From Ginglymostoma cirratum (taxonomy: Eukaryota), in NCBI GenBank assembly GCA_024137785.1, contig JAHRHZ010000061.1, positions 2,010,066-2,074,065 of the forward strand: a stretch of 64,000 nt of DNA, in the 5' to 3' direction. Positions 1 to 12,580 of this stretch are shown one piece after another; position 1 is the stretch's first letter; each line of letters begins with the position of its first letter. The notes below the pieces were generated by a model. The model made no database searches, was not told the origin of the DNA, and worked only from the letters and a program-made list of their open reading frames with translations. The translations under genes and the position numbers were made by a program.

Positions 1-2589
1 CCTGGCACAGTAGCAATAGAAACATTTCACCAACTGTGATTTCCCCTGATAACCACAAACCAGATACACTTTAAACATTTTGACTTCTGCTGAGGGTATT
101 CCCAAATTAAAGCTATTTACTTATGTCTTCCTCGTTTGTCTTCTTCCCCCTTCTTTAGTCAACAGGGTGTTGGTAACAATACTTCTCAGGCATCAATCAA
201 AAAGTAGTGCATGACAGGAGATCAGCTTGACAAATCCAGAACAGTATTTGTTCTTAGATCATCCATCTCTTTCCTACTATTAGTAACAATTTGGTTACTT
301 TTTCTCTACTAAGCTTTAGAAAAGGTAGGTTTGTCACGTAAATCTATCAGCTCTTCCTCTCTGAGATACTTGAAAGCATCTCCAGGGAAGTCAATTTACG
401 TTTTTCAATCTCTCTCACTGTCCTTTGTTGCCGTTGTAGTAAATGCCTGACAACTGGCATTTTTTTATTGACCGGCCCCACATGTTCCTGATGCGAGCTG
501 TGTAACTCAAAGTTTATAGTATCCTGTTTTGTAGTTAGGTACCAGATTTGCTGATAGTGCTCCCACGAAGCATTTTTAGGAATTTCACAAAGTTAAAGAT
601 GCTAGACAGATGTCGGTCATTAACAGCCGAGAAGCCTCAATAAGGAAATCCACATCCTGTACTCCCAAATAATATGTCTGCACAAATTCACAAAGGTGTG
701 AGACCAAAGCATTGCAGCCCTGCTGCCAAATTGCAGAAGCTCCACCACAGTCAAAGACAGGAGCATTCTTTAGAGCAAGTAGAGCCCAAGAATGTTCTTT
801 GTGCTGCTCAGACAGGATGGATGAGGAAATACAAAGATTCTTCCACAATGGTGAAGTGTAAGGGACCATAAGGAATGAGTAGACGGCTTTGGATGGAAAT
901 GGCTGTCATTGATGGAGCATGGGGGTTGTGTGGGGGTGACGGGGAGTGAGGGCTGGAGGAATATTTTGTGCTTCGTGCTTTTATTTTCATTTTTGACCAT
1001 GGTGCCTGAACCCAGGGGCTGGTTTTCTGGCCAGTGTGTCTCAGGAAGTGGCAGCCTCCTGTGTTCTTCCCGGCTTGCCCGACCTGACTCCCAATCCAGT
1101 CGGCTCCTCCAGAGAAAATAAAAGGTGCAGGCCGCCATTTTTACAACTCAGATTCATGGAAGTGGGATTTTCCCACATCTGCACTCAGGAACAAAAATCA
1201 GGGCCTGAGTACTGAACTCCAACTCCAAAATGTTGTGTACCTACTGCTAGGTCTTGTCAGTTTTAAAGTTGGTAAAGGATAATAACATAAGTTAAAGTTA
1301 TAGAGGATCATGGATTTCAATCCCCAAAGCCAGGTAATGTTTCCAGTCTATTGCTTAAAAAATAGAATTTGACATATCCAGTTACTGCATTCCTTTACAT
1401 GTTCCTTTAATACAAAACACTGTGTCCTCTGTTTTCCCATGAGTACTGCCAAGGATTTCAGCTATTAATTATGAAAAATAATATGGATTGTGGCTCAAGG
1501 GCATGGAAGATTGCTTTCTTGTTTGAATGTGATACCATATAATCTAATGATTCTTTTACATTTTATATCCATTGCATTTAGAAACTTATTAAAATAGGAC
1601 AATTCTGCATTTAAATGTACATTAATCTGAAATGGAACCTTGAAATAATACGTAGAAATTCACGTAAGCTTTCCTTATTCAATTAAAGTTTACTAATTGA
1701 GTTTAATAATTAATAATTTGGTGAATTTCCATATTTGAGTATGCTTTCTAGGAATGTTTACACTGCTTGTGAAGGACATCAAGCTGCACGAATAAAAGTT
1801 GTGTTCTGTAACATTGTTGTGGGTATAAATTGAAAATTTACTGCTGTTAGTACTAAGCCAATGCAGTAAATGAACGTACTTCTCATCTAATTGTAATTCT
1901 CATGAAATGCCATTATAATTAGTACTTTAGTTACAAAAAAAGCCTAAAAATGCACAAAATAAATTCTTGAACCTAACAAACTATCAGCCGTATTGTGTTT
2001 TCTCACTCAATTTTCCATAGCTTGCCTCAATACTTATGTGCCCCACCTCCGCGGTGCCTCATATATCAGTTCTAGCAGTGGCAGGAGTACACGACCAGAC
2101 TGCCCAGAATCCCAGTGCCATACTTAAAGCTCGGCCATGCATCAGGCCAACCACTGCCACCATGAATTGCGCCAAGCGGTGCACATAATGGGAGAAAAAT
2201 GAAAAAGAAAAGCTTCTCAGGGCACATAGCAATGTTTTGCTACCTTACATCATCACCTATCTGACTGACTACCGTTGTAACTGCAGCTACATAAATCAGG
2301 CTACAGATGCTTCCCATCCTTAGCACCATACCATGTTAGAATCCTGTCTAACCATACCACACTTCCCCAGCAAAGCATAATATCTGCTCGTTGTTCAATG
2401 TGAAAGCTTACATGTTGAAAACACTTTCTATTATTGGTAAACAGCAGAAGCAAAGGAAAAAACAAACAAAGAGAAATTGCATCTGCTTCTGGAAACAAAC
2501 AAGGCCTTACTTACCTTTCAAGTAACATCAAATTTATAGTCAATGAAAGATCACTTCACGCAAGCCAGATCTATTCCATATACATGGAA

Positions 2590-2910
2590 GTGGTCGTGGG
2601 TTTGGAAAATGCTGTCTGAGGATCTTTGGTGAATGTCTGCAGTGCATCCTGGAGATAGTACACTCTGCTGCTACTGAGCATCGGTGATGCAGGGAGTGGA
2701 TGCTTGTGGATGCAGTGCCAATCAAGCAGCTGTTTTGTCCTAGATGGTTTTGAGCTTCTTGAGTGTTGTTGGAGCTGCACCCACCTAGGCAAGTGGGAAG
2801 TATTCCATCAAACTCTTTACTTGTTCCTTGTAGATGGTGGACAGGCTCTGGGGAGTCAGGAGGTGAGTTAGTTGCCACAGTATTCCTAGCCTCTGACCTG
2901 CTGTTGTGTA
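2590..2910 (-). mobile_element. Non-LTR retrotransposon (CR1/L2 superclade) ORF2 3' fragment
   Basis: Minus strand reads AGQRLGILWQLTHLLTPQSLSTIYKEQVKSLMEYFPLA*, a post-RT LINE motif. Related fragments lie near 21000-21350 and 58020-58990. Confidence 0.7.
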
Positions 2911-3119
2911 TGTTGGGGACTGATGCCAAGATTAAGGTCTTGAGGAACAAGCAGGGAGCTGGATATTCTGACTGTGTTGGGAATTGTTGCTGTCTAGTTT
3001 CTCTTGCCACATGGAAGAATAGGGAATTACGCAGAATTGGAGTCAAGTTAGGAGCTAATGAGACATAAATGCACAGAATTAGGCCACTTGCCATTCACTA
3101 CACAGATTCTTGTCTCACA

Positions 3120-3260
3120 AAAAAACAGCAAAATACTGCAGATGATAGAAACCTGAAACAAAAACAGAAAATTCTGGAGAAATTCAGTAGGTCTGGCAGC
3201 ATTTGTGAGAAGAGAAACAGATTTAACATTTCAAGTCTAATATGACTCTCCTTCAGAACA
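3120..3260 (-). repeat. Penelope-terminus-derived short repeat (degenerate hammerhead module)
   Basis: Matches the gcagatgctgga...aaacagaaa...ctcagcaggtctggcagcat...ttaac motif repeated many times in the window. Confidence 0.65.
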
Positions 3261-3459
3261 GGATTCTCATCTCACCATTAAAACTTGTATTAAAATTGTA
3301 CTTGTGTCCCTCAGGGTTGAGAATCTCAGTTTTTCTGATCATGCCACGTTTCCGGAACAGACTTGTCATTGCTTACTTTGGTTGGGGCTGGGAAAATTGT
3401 TTTTGTAATTCTTGCTTGGCATTGCTGGTGAGACCAATACATGTTGTCGGTCCCTAACT

Positions 3460-3770
3460 GCCCTCAAATCCAGTGGCTCACTTGGCCATTTGAGGGCAGT
3501 TAAAAGTCATCTATATTACTATGGGTCTCAAGTTACATATAGGCCAGACCTAGCAGATTTCCTTCCCTAAAGAGCCTTAGTGAATCTGATGTGTTTGTAC
3601 GACAATCGACAATGGTTACATAGTCATCCATGGACTAGCTTTTATTTCTAGATTTTATAGTATTCAAATTTCACCATTTGCCTTTGTGGGATTCCATCTC
3701 ATGTCCCAGAACATTAGCCAGAGGTTCTAGATTACTAGTCTGATGAAATTACAGCTATGTCACCACCTCC
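3460..3770 (-). mobile_element. tRNA-derived SINE, decayed
   Basis: Minus strand starts ggtgacatagctgtaatttcatcagactagtaatctagaacc. Related copies lie at about 14900-15200 (-) and 46195-46370 (+). Confidence 0.55.
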
Positions 3771-4870
3771 CTCCGATTTCTGAATTTGACATTGAATGAC
3801 CATAAGCCGTGAGATTGGTAGTATTCTGTGCTTTATACTAGTGTACCAGCCAATCCATTCATGCTGTTTGGTGTATGTTTATATTTGTTACTCCCTGGTT
3901 TATGGTATTTGAGTTCTGTGCTGTTGGGCCTTTAGAAATTGGTGTTCTTCATGCTGTATTGTTTCATTTTTGGATGAAGCCCAAATCAAAGCAACACATT
4001 CTTCACTGGTAATTGAGAAATGTGTAAATGAATGGGAATTCTAATCAAAATTCAATAGGTAATTGACTCCCAGAAGACTGTCACAGACTCCATTGTCAAC
4101 TTTGTTAACAGAAAACGAATTGCAGCCTGACGACAAGCTCTCAGGTTTGTATTGGAAATATACTCTCCACAAATCAACACCTAACAGCATAAAACACAGT
4201 GTTATTCAGTGACCCTATCTATATCTCTTGTACTTGCCCCTGTCCCTGACAATTAGAATAATGGTCCTCAGACAGAGGTTGTGTATTTATTTCACTCCAT
4301 TCAGCCAACATGCACAGATAAGAACAAGACGTAAAAATATAATTCATGTGTGATAAATAGCAATAACTTATCAATATGTTGGCATAGCAATATTTCAAAA
4401 CTGTAATTTTAATACAAAGTCACATCATCATATTTGCAAATATTTCCAGTTCAGTCCAGTGGTAATATAATAGTTCATTTCTAGAGCAATGTCTGCTTTC
4501 ATTATATTGTAAAATAATTTCCATTTTATTCATTGGCATCTATTTTGTTGTAATTCTTTCTAATTTGTCACATAATTCAATTAAAAGCCACTCATTTTGC
4601 TTAAAAATCTCAAGTTATCTTAATCTGTCTCCTTCTTAGAGATAAATCAATTTATATACAGATTTGTAATCTGTTGAACACTTCGGTCTCAACTTTGACA
4701 GCCTTGATCTATCTTTTAAAGTTGAAAATGAAGAGTTAGAGAACTATTCTATTGAAGTATACTATTTAAGTACACTAAATCAGTCAGTCTTCACTCCAAA
4801 GTGTGTAAGAAAATCAACAAGATAGTTACCTTTATGTTTCCTTTCTTATAATTTCAGAATTCATCAAGTA

Positions 4871-4934
4871 ATGCTGCTACTGGGCTATCGTGCCATCCAA
4901 CTTTCCATTTTATCTCATATCCTTCTCAGTGCAG
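4871..4934 (+). CDS. IgSF receptor, leader exon (signal peptide MLLLGYRAIQLSILSHILLSA)
   Basis: ATG at 4871, hydrophobic 21-mer, and donor G|gtgaga at 4934/4935 (phase 1) joining the V exon in frame. The acceptor ttataatttcag at 4857 implies an upstream exon that I could not locate. Confidence 0.8.
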
Positions 4935-5289
4935 GTGAGAGAGCTTACAGCATCTTCTTCCAATTCTCACTGTATAAAAATATCTTAGGGTCCATGTCCC
5001 ATTTAAATGTTGTCTTGGAATTGCTTGTTTAAAACCATTCAGTTGAAACAAAGGCCTCAAGTTGAAACTTGAAAACAAATTTTCTTTTTCAGATGCTGTT
5101 TTATTCCAATTTGTATTTCGAGCCTTTTCCTCTTTAATTTCAAGTTTTCAGGATGGCTTTATTTTTCTCACCTACAAATAATTTAAAACAGAGACTGCAG
5201 TACCTCAGCTGTTGAGAGAAATTACTTCAAAAGCAAACTCTAGCAGCTGTTTAAATATACTAAATACATAGAGAGAAAAATTGCATTTG

Positions 5290-5700
5290 GCCCATGAACC
5301 CATTCTAGAAGTGTTATTTTTTGGATAAGACTTTAAACTGAGGCTCTGTCTACTGGATGCAAAAAATACCATGGCAACATCTGAGATTTCTCCAATGTCC
5401 TGGCCAATATTCATCTTGCAATCCTCATCACTGAAATCTGATTACCTGGTCATTATCTCACTGCTGTTCACAAAATCTTGCTGGGTGTGAATTAACTGTT
5501 GCACCTCCTACAATACAACACCATTTTCTGACGAAGGGTCTAGGCCCGAAACGTCAGCCTTCTTGCTCTTCTGATGCTGCTTGGCCTGCTGTGTTCATCC
5601 AGCTCTACACCTTGTTCTCCCATTTCTTTAAATGTTTTTACTAAGTGTTTTGGGAAGTTGTGAACTTGGGAAAGGTAACATATAAATGCAAATTTTTCCT
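5290..5700 (+). mobile_element. Deu-domain SINE (SacSINE1/AmnSINE-like), interrupted by a hammerhead cassette
   Basis: Core tgtcctggccaatatt...gattacctggtcattatctcactgctgtt...tacaatacaaca resembles the Deu SINE core. Confidence 0.55.
5527..5619 (+). mobile_element. Solo Penelope-terminus cassette with minimal type I hammerhead ribozyme (core 5528-5555)
   Basis: CTGACGA-A-GGGTCTAGGCCC-GAAA-CG-TC, flanked by a ccattt direct repeat (5521-5526 / 5620-5625). Confidence 0.7.
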
Positions 5701-6162
5701 TTGTTGTTTTGTTACTTAATGGCAAACATGGAACTGTATAAAGCTTTTTAGGGGGTGGAGTTCTAAGTTGTCTCTGAGAAAGTGCATGAATTTACATGAA
5801 CTGATTTTCATCACCAGTGTGCGGTTCAGAACTAGTCATAATTGCACTAGAATTGTTATTTTAATAGCACACAAAATTTATATTATTGTTAGAAGCTCCA
5901 GGTAGAGAGCTGAGCATTTGCGGGAAGCACATTAATGCCGGGAGCATAAAATCAGATTACAAACATAATTTGTATTATTTCGAGAAATATATTGCAATTG
6001 TGTACAGTGGTCTACCACCTCTGTCAGAAATTTTTAAAGCACTCCCTATACAGTAAATTGCATTGTGCAGTTGTTATTTTATGGTGAAATGTGGCTGCCA
6101 TTTTGCATGCAGCAAGTTTCAATAAACAACAGAGATAAATGGCCAGTTAATTCTGTCATGAT

Positions 6163-6381
6163 TGTAACAAGATCAGCCAGCTGGACCTCATAGAATAAGA
6201 GTTCCCTGATTGGGGCTGTTAATCTGGTTCAATTGGGGGCCCTGGTTGACAAATAAATAGGGGAATGTCAGAGATACTGACACTCTGGGAACTGATCCTG
6301 AAGAGGCAGTACTAAAGTCACGGACTGTTCAAATAAGGACCAGCTTGGTGATGGGAAACCGGCCTGTGTGGAGTTCTTTCA
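6163..6381 (+). mobile_element. Possible solo LTR
   Basis: Starts TGTAAC, ends TTTCA, with an internal aataaa and TATA-like sequence. No target-site duplication is visible. Confidence 0.4.
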
Positions 6382-6639
6382 AATTTGATTATTTCAATGA
6401 TTGAAAGGTGAATACTGACTAGAATATCATCACATATGAGTGGATTCAAAAAAGAATTGAATTATTATCGTGTTGCTGAGAAATTGTCAGCTAACTGAAA
6501 GAAAAATACAATGCAATAAATAGTTTAAGATACTCAGAGCTTTTTTTAAGTGAATTTTCCAACCTTTGACTTTAGAATTCAGTTTGAGAAGGAGGGCCTT
6601 GTGTCAAAAACAACTGTACAGAAAGACATAATATGATCA

Positions 6640-7940
6640 AGCAGAAATACAAAGGACGTTTGAGCAGAGCCCGTGTGGCTTCATGATGGAAAAATCATGG
6701 CTAAAAATCCTTTTAGAATTCTTTGAGGAAGAAACAAGCAGGATAGTTAAAGGGCACAAAGTGGATGTGATGTTTAGATTTTTAGAGGTATTTGATAAGC
6801 TCCCATACATTAAGCTACTTCAGAAGACAAGAGTCCATAATGTTGGAGATAGTACACTAACATTGATGGGGTAATGGCTGGCTGATAGAAGGCAGCAGAT
6901 TGGAGTGAGGGGAGGAGTGCATTTTCAAGATGGCAATCTGTCGTTAGTGGAGTGTCACAGGGATCTATGCTGGGTTCACAATTATTTACAATATATATCA
7001 ATGACCTGAATGGGGACAGTGAATTTGCAATAGCCAGGTTTGCAGATGACACAAAAACGAGTGTGAAGGCAATTGCAGATTGACACTGAGTCTACAGAGG
7101 GATATACACAGGTTAAGCAAACTTAACAGACTTAAGTTAACAGCTGGAATGTGGGAAAATATGAGGTTATGCATTTTGGCAGGAGGAATAGAGCAGCCTA
7201 ATATTATTTGAGTGGAAAAAAGACTTCAGAAAGCTACAGTGTAGGAATTTGAGAGTCCTTGTGCATAAATCTCAAAAAGCTAGCATCCAGGTACAACAGG
7301 TAATAGGGAAGGGAAATAGAATTTTAGCCTATGTTTCAAAGTGAATTGCGTATAAAAATAGAGAAGTCTTGCCAAAGCTATATAAAGTACAAGTTGTACC
7401 ATAACTAGAAGACTGTAAAAAGTTTAGTCCCCTTTTCCAAGGAAAGACACTAAACGCGTCCAGAGGAAGTTCACTGGGCTGATCCCATGTAAGGAGGGAC
7501 TCTCTAATGAGGAGATGTTAAGTAGTTTGGGCCTATACTCATTGAATTTTTGAAGAATGAGAGGAGACCTTATTGAAACATACAAAATTCTTAGGGGACT
7601 TGACAGGATAGATGTGGAAAGGTTGTTTCCCCTTGTGGGACTGTCTGGACGAGAAGACATTATCTTAGAATAAGGGGTTGACCCTTTAAGATGGAGATGA
7701 TGAGGAATTTCTTCTCTCAGAGGGTAGCGAATTTATGGAATTCTTTCCAATATTCGGCTGTCGAGACTGGGTTGATAGATATATTCAATGCTGAGATAGT
7801 CAGATTTTTAATCAGTAAAGGAATTAAGGGTTATGGGGCAAAGGCAGGAAAGTGGAGCTGAGGGTCAGCTATGATCTCATTGAATGGTGGATAAGACTCA
7901 ATGGGCTGAATAGCCTACACTGCTTCTTCTGCTTATGGTT
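6640..7940 (+). mobile_element. CR1 LINE 3' portion (RT remnant plus 3' UTR), decayed
   Basis: SGVSQGSMLG and FADDTK motifs near 6945-7056, the ETYKIL region, and a CR1 tail gggctgaatagcct. Contains stops and frameshifts. Confidence 0.85.
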
Positions 7941-8088
7941 TTACATTGTAGGGTACCCACTAGATTTAATATAAAGTTATGCAGTATTCTATAGGTTATA
8001 CTGGTGGGATTTTTCATAGTCACTGATCTCCTACAACTAGAGTCGAAAGTGGGAAGCCACTTGGTTCAGCAGGCAGTGGCAGCTTTTT

Positions 8089-8415
8089 TTAGAATTAGAA
8101 TCCCTACAGTGTGGAAACAGGTCCTTCGGCCCAACAAGTCCACACCAAACCTCAGAACATCCCACCCAGACCCACCCCCCCAACAACCCACCTAAACACT
8201 ATGGGCAATTTACTATGGCCAATCCACCTAACCTGCACATCTTTGGACTGTGGGAGGAAACCAGAGCACCCGGAGGAAACCTAAGCAGACACTAAGCAGA
8301 CAATGTTTGCACATTCTTGCAAACTCCACACAGACAGACGCCTGAGGCTGCAATCGAGCCCGGGTCCCTGGTGCTGTGAGGCAGCAGTGCTAACCACTGA
8401 GCCACCGTGCCGCCC
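8089..8415 (-). mobile_element. HE1-type tRNA-derived SINE (elasmobranch)
   Basis: Minus strand starts gggcggcacggtggctcagtggttagcactgctgcctcacagc (box A) and ends in a CR1-like tail (ttccacactgtagggattctaattctaa). Confidence 0.85.
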
Positions 8416-8689
8416 AAGGACACATATTCCTAATGAGGGCAAATGAAGTGGCTGCTGTCCCTATTGAGAATGAACCCCTCAAAGGCATACTGGATCAATC
8501 AAAATGCCAGCACTCAACAACTCCACCAGAGCTACTGATCATGGTGGCCATTCCCAGGGCTGCAGCTTTAACCCAGTGGCCTTAGGTCAAGTAGTGTTCA
8601 GAGGAGCACTGTTCTCCTGAACATACTAGGCTTGAATATTTTGAGCATTTTCTGTGATTTCCACAATATGGAGAGTATGTGCTTTCTCA

Positions 8690-9045
8690 CTTAGAGAGGT
8701 ACAGCATGGAAACAGACCCTTCAGTCCAACTCTTCCATGCCGACCATATATCCTAAGTTAATCCAGTCCCAACTGCCGGCATTTCGCCCATATTCCTCTA
8801 AACCCTTTCAATTCATATACCCATCCAGACGCCTTTTAAATGTTACAATTGTACCAGCCTCCCCCAGTTCTTCTGGCAACTCAGTCCATACATACACCAC
8901 CCTCTGTGTGAAAAGTTGCCCCTAAAGTCTGTTTTAAATCTCTCACCTTAAACCTATGTCCTCTAGTTTTGGACTCCCCTACCCTAGGACAAAGAATTTG
9001 ACTATTCGCTGTATCTGTGTCTTTCATGATTTTATAAACATCTAA
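8690..9045 (-). mobile_element. CR1 LINE 3' end
   Basis: Reverse complement of the CR1 tail (gaagggtctgtttccatgctgta) and the ORF2 C-terminus. Confidence 0.75.
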
Positions 9046-9198
9046 TCAGCAACATCACTGGAGTGCAATGATCTTCATCAAAATGAACTGAAGCTGGATT
9101 TGATGGGTTAACTTGGGATGTGTGACAAGGGTGGTGGGTTTTTTTTTAAATGTTGCATTTTCCAGTAAATTAATGATTATGTATTTTATTGCTCCAAG

Positions 9199-9564
9199 GA
9201 AAAAGCCAAAGCCTAATCGTTTCCGTGACACCGTCTGAGATCAAAGCATTAAGAGGACAGACGGTGAATATAAACTGTTCATACCAAAATGAAAATGGAG
9301 AACAGCTGAGGATAAAATGGGGGAAAAAAGACAGTGCACAAGAGCTTTGTGATTACACTTACAATAAAAATTATATCAAGTATACAATATGGCATTGTAT
9401 AGAACATATGGATATCACAGTGGATCTCTCAACAAACTCATCATCTTTAACAATCTACGATCTTCACTTAAATGATTCCAGCATTTACTTTTGTCAGATT
9501 TCTATTGAAATACCGCCCCCTACATTAACAGTTAAAGGTAAAGGCATACTCCTCACGGTGGAAG
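9199..9564 (+). CDS. IgSF receptor, V-set (VJ-type) domain exon, CD28H/TMIGD2-like
   Basis: Acceptor ctccaag| and donor G|gtaagt, phases 1/1, 366 nt. Has B-strand Cys (NINC), LRIKW Trp, DSSIYFC, an extra Cys pair (ELC...WHC), IEIPPP FG loop and a J-like GKGILLTV G strand. Confidence 0.92.
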
Positions 9565-10021
9565 GTAAGTTCATCATGATACTGAGTTACAATGTAAGCT
9601 GGCATCAAAACTGAAGTGAAATGGCGATTACCCTTCAATAATGTATTAAAGTGGCTGTAAATACTTTTCAATCTGCTGAGTTCCTGAGAGATGCTATATA
9701 AGTGTAATTTCTTTCTTTATTTGCTGATCAATAGCACTAAGCTTGGGTTTTTAAACCATGCTGGTTGGCTGGAGAAGGAAAGACTAGTGGGAGGTATTCA
9801 GTTCCTGGCAGTGGTACAAATGAGATTCAAAAAAACAAAGATAAATAGCTGATAGAGAAAGAGACTTTGAAGATTAGAAGGTGAAAAGGAAAGGTTCTTT
9901 TTATTCCTTCTCAAATGTGTAAGAAATGCTGGAAGGGCTTCTTAGGTTATAAGGGCAGGTATCCAGGTTTGGAATAAACTTGTATTTCACAGGGTGATAA
10001 ACATGAGGGGAAAATTGATCT

Positions 10022-10235
10022 TGAACAAAAACAAAGCTGGAAAAGCTCAGCAGGTCTGGCAGCATCTGTGAAGGAAAAAGCAGAGTTAATATTTCTGAGG
10101 AAGGGTCACCGGACCCGAAACATTAACTATTTTTTTCCTTCACAGATAGTGTCAGACCTGCTGAGCTTTTCCAGCAACTTCTGGTTTTTTTTCCTTGATT
10201 CACAGCAAACACAGTTCTTTTGGTTTTTATTAAGA
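10022..10235. mobile_element. Palindromic Penelope-terminus element with hammerhead core (10095-10124)
   Basis: Inverted arms gctggaaaagctcagcaggtctggcagcatctgtgaagg / ccttcacagatagtgtcagacctgctgagcttttccagc. 11-bp TSD aaaattgatct (10011-10021 / 10236-10246). Confidence 0.75.
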
Positions 10236-10345
10236 AAAATTGATCTGGTGTGTTAGTTTAAAATAAGTCATGTCAAATTGGTAGATTGTTTTCCACGCCA
10301 ACCACTTATTTAGTGACAGCAGTTGTAGTTTAGAGTGCACAACAT

Positions 10346-10465
10346 GGGCGGCACTGTGGCACTGTGGTTAGCACTGCTGCCTCACAGTGCCAGGGATCTA
10401 GGTGGGATGCTCTTCAGAGGGTCGATGGGCTGAATTGCCTCTCTCTGGACTGTCGGGATTCTATG
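10346..10465 (+). mobile_element. Internally deleted HE1-type SINE
   Basis: Head gggcggcactgtggcactgtggttagcactgctgcctcacag fused to the tail gggattctatga. Confidence 0.7.
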
Positions 10466-10959
10466 AACGTGTGTTCTGTCCAGTAGTCTCACTGACAATA
10501 GGAAAAAGATTTTAACTTACATAGTGCCTCTCATAACCTCAGGATGATCTGCAGAACTTTAAGGTCAACAAAATATTGAATGACCAGATGAGGGATAGAA
10601 TTGGCATTCATTTTGGTGTTGTTGGAAAGACTGGAAGTGAGGTCCTTATGACCAGTGCAGGCTGCTACCACACTTCAAAGGAGATTTTAGTCCGTATCAC
10701 CAATAGATGAAGGAAGGAATTTATGTACAGCCTTAGCATGTCACAAAGTACTTCACTACCATTATATTTCTAAAAGTAAAACTGCGTACAGAGGCCGACA
10801 GAGCAGACAAGTTCCACACAGTAAGATCCCATAAAAACAGATAAGATAAATGACAAGGTAATCGTTTTTGACACTTAATTGATTGAGAGGTGTCGGCTAG
10901 CTTAGGTAGTCAATGAATTTACTGCTCTTTTCTGCATAAAACAGTGGGATCTTTATATT

Positions 10960-11085
10960 GAGATAGCAAGAACTGTAGATGCTGGAGTCTGAGATAACAC
11001 AGCATCAAGCTAGAGGAACACAGCAGGCCAGGCAGCATTAGAGGAACAGGAAAGTTGACGTTTTGTGTCGGGACCTTTTTCAGAA
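10960..11085 (-). repeat. Penelope-terminus cassette, degenerate hammerhead
   Basis: Same family as 19445-19573, with the core decayed (CTGAAAA...AAAACGTC). Confidence 0.6.
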
Positions 11086-11269
11086 GATCTTCACGCTAAT
11101 TGAAGCAGATAGACAGGACTTTGGCTGCGCCTATGACAATGCAACACAGCATTGACATATCAGTATAAGATTATGGGCTGAATTTCCCCATTTTGAGTTA
11201 ATGTGTTTTGTTGAGTGAGCTTCATGGAACCCAGTCTGCGATTGTTCAAAGCGATCTTTCTGCTCTTCA

Positions 11270-12004
11270 TAAAGCTGAAGTTCAAAGGGATCTGGGAGTG
11301 CTAGTACAGGATTCTCTAAAGGTTAACTTGCAGGTTGAGTCCATGATTAAGAAAGCTAATGGAATGTTGTCATTTATCTTGAGGGTTGGAATATAAAAGC
11401 AGTGATGTGCTTCTGAGACTTTATAAAGCTCTAGTTAGGCCCCATTTAGAATACTGTGTCCAATTTTGGGCCCCACACCTCAGGAAGGACATACTGGCAC
11501 TGGAGCGTATCCAGCGGAGATTCACACGGATGATCCCTGGAATGGTAGGCCTAACATACGATGAATGGCTGAGGATCCTGGGATTGTATTCATTAGAGTT
11601 TAGAAGGTTGAGGGGAGATCTAATAGAAACTTACAAGATAATGCATGGCTTAGAAAGGGTGGACGCTGGGAAGTTGTTTCCGTTAGGTGGGGATACTAGG
11701 ACCCGTGGGCACAGCCTTAGAATTAGAGGAGGTCAATTTAGAACGGAAATGAGGAGACATTTCTTCAGCCAGAGAGTGGTGGGCCTGTGGAATTCATTGC
11801 CACGGAGCGCAGTGGAGGCAGGGACGTTAAATGTCTTCAAGGCAGAGATTGATAAATTCTTGATCTCGCAAGGAATCAAGGGCTACGGGGAGAGTGCGGG
11901 TAAGTGGAGTTGAAATGCCCATCAGCCATGATTAAATGGCGGACTGGACTAGATGGGCCAAATGGCCTTACTTCCACTCCTATGTCTTATGGTCTTATGG
12001 TCTT
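11270..12004 (+). mobile_element. Young 5'-truncated CR1 LINE
   Basis: Open ORF2 C-terminus 11386-11913 (LYKALVRPHLEYCVQFWAP...RRHFFSQRVV) followed by terminal TCTTATGG repeats. Confidence 0.92.
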
Positions 12005-12344
12005 CTCCTCATTAAGTGTGTATCAGGTCTCTACGGTGCCTTTCTTCATGAAAACACCCAGCCAGAGAGGTATAAGCGCTCGCTACTGCCAGGAATTTCT
12101 GACATTCATATTGGCACCATATCTAAAGCCCAGTACAAGCACTTCAGATGCTGGAAGGCAAGAACTGGTGTCTACACTATGTTGCACAACCATCATAATT
12201 GAGGAAACGGCCCAGAAAGGGAAGTTGGCATCATGCTTCATTGATGGGGACCTGGAGGTGCTGTTGGATGGGATGGTGGACAGGAGGCAGTGTTTTATGT
12301 TAATAACTACCAAAGGAGCTTTGGCTAAACTCAAACAACCAGGT

Positions 12345-12580
12345 AACAGTACCAACAGATTGAAGAACAGCTTCTTCCCTGTTGTTATTAGACTTATGAA
12401 AGGACCTCTCATATATTAGGGTTGATATTCCACTGTGCCTTCTCTGTAGCTGTAACACTGTATTCTACATTCCGTTCTATTACTCTTATGTAAGGAATGA
12501 TTTGTCTGGATAGCACATAAAACAATATTTTTCACTTTATCTCAGTACATGACAGTAATAAATTAAATCAAATCAGATCA
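12345..12580 (+). mobile_element. LINE 3' end (Rex1/Babar-like)
   Basis: RLKNSFFPVVIRL motif then an aaatc-repeat tail. Same family as 29050-29560. Confidence 0.6.

Noticed and set aside
585-1138. Cluster of overlapping short ORFs
   Set aside because: No domain signatures, and the composition fits decayed repeat sequence.
9416-9445. CACAGTG heptamer inside the V exon
   Set aside because: No nonamer at 12- or 23-bp spacing, and it lies well upstream of the FG loop. It is explained by the codons for ITV.
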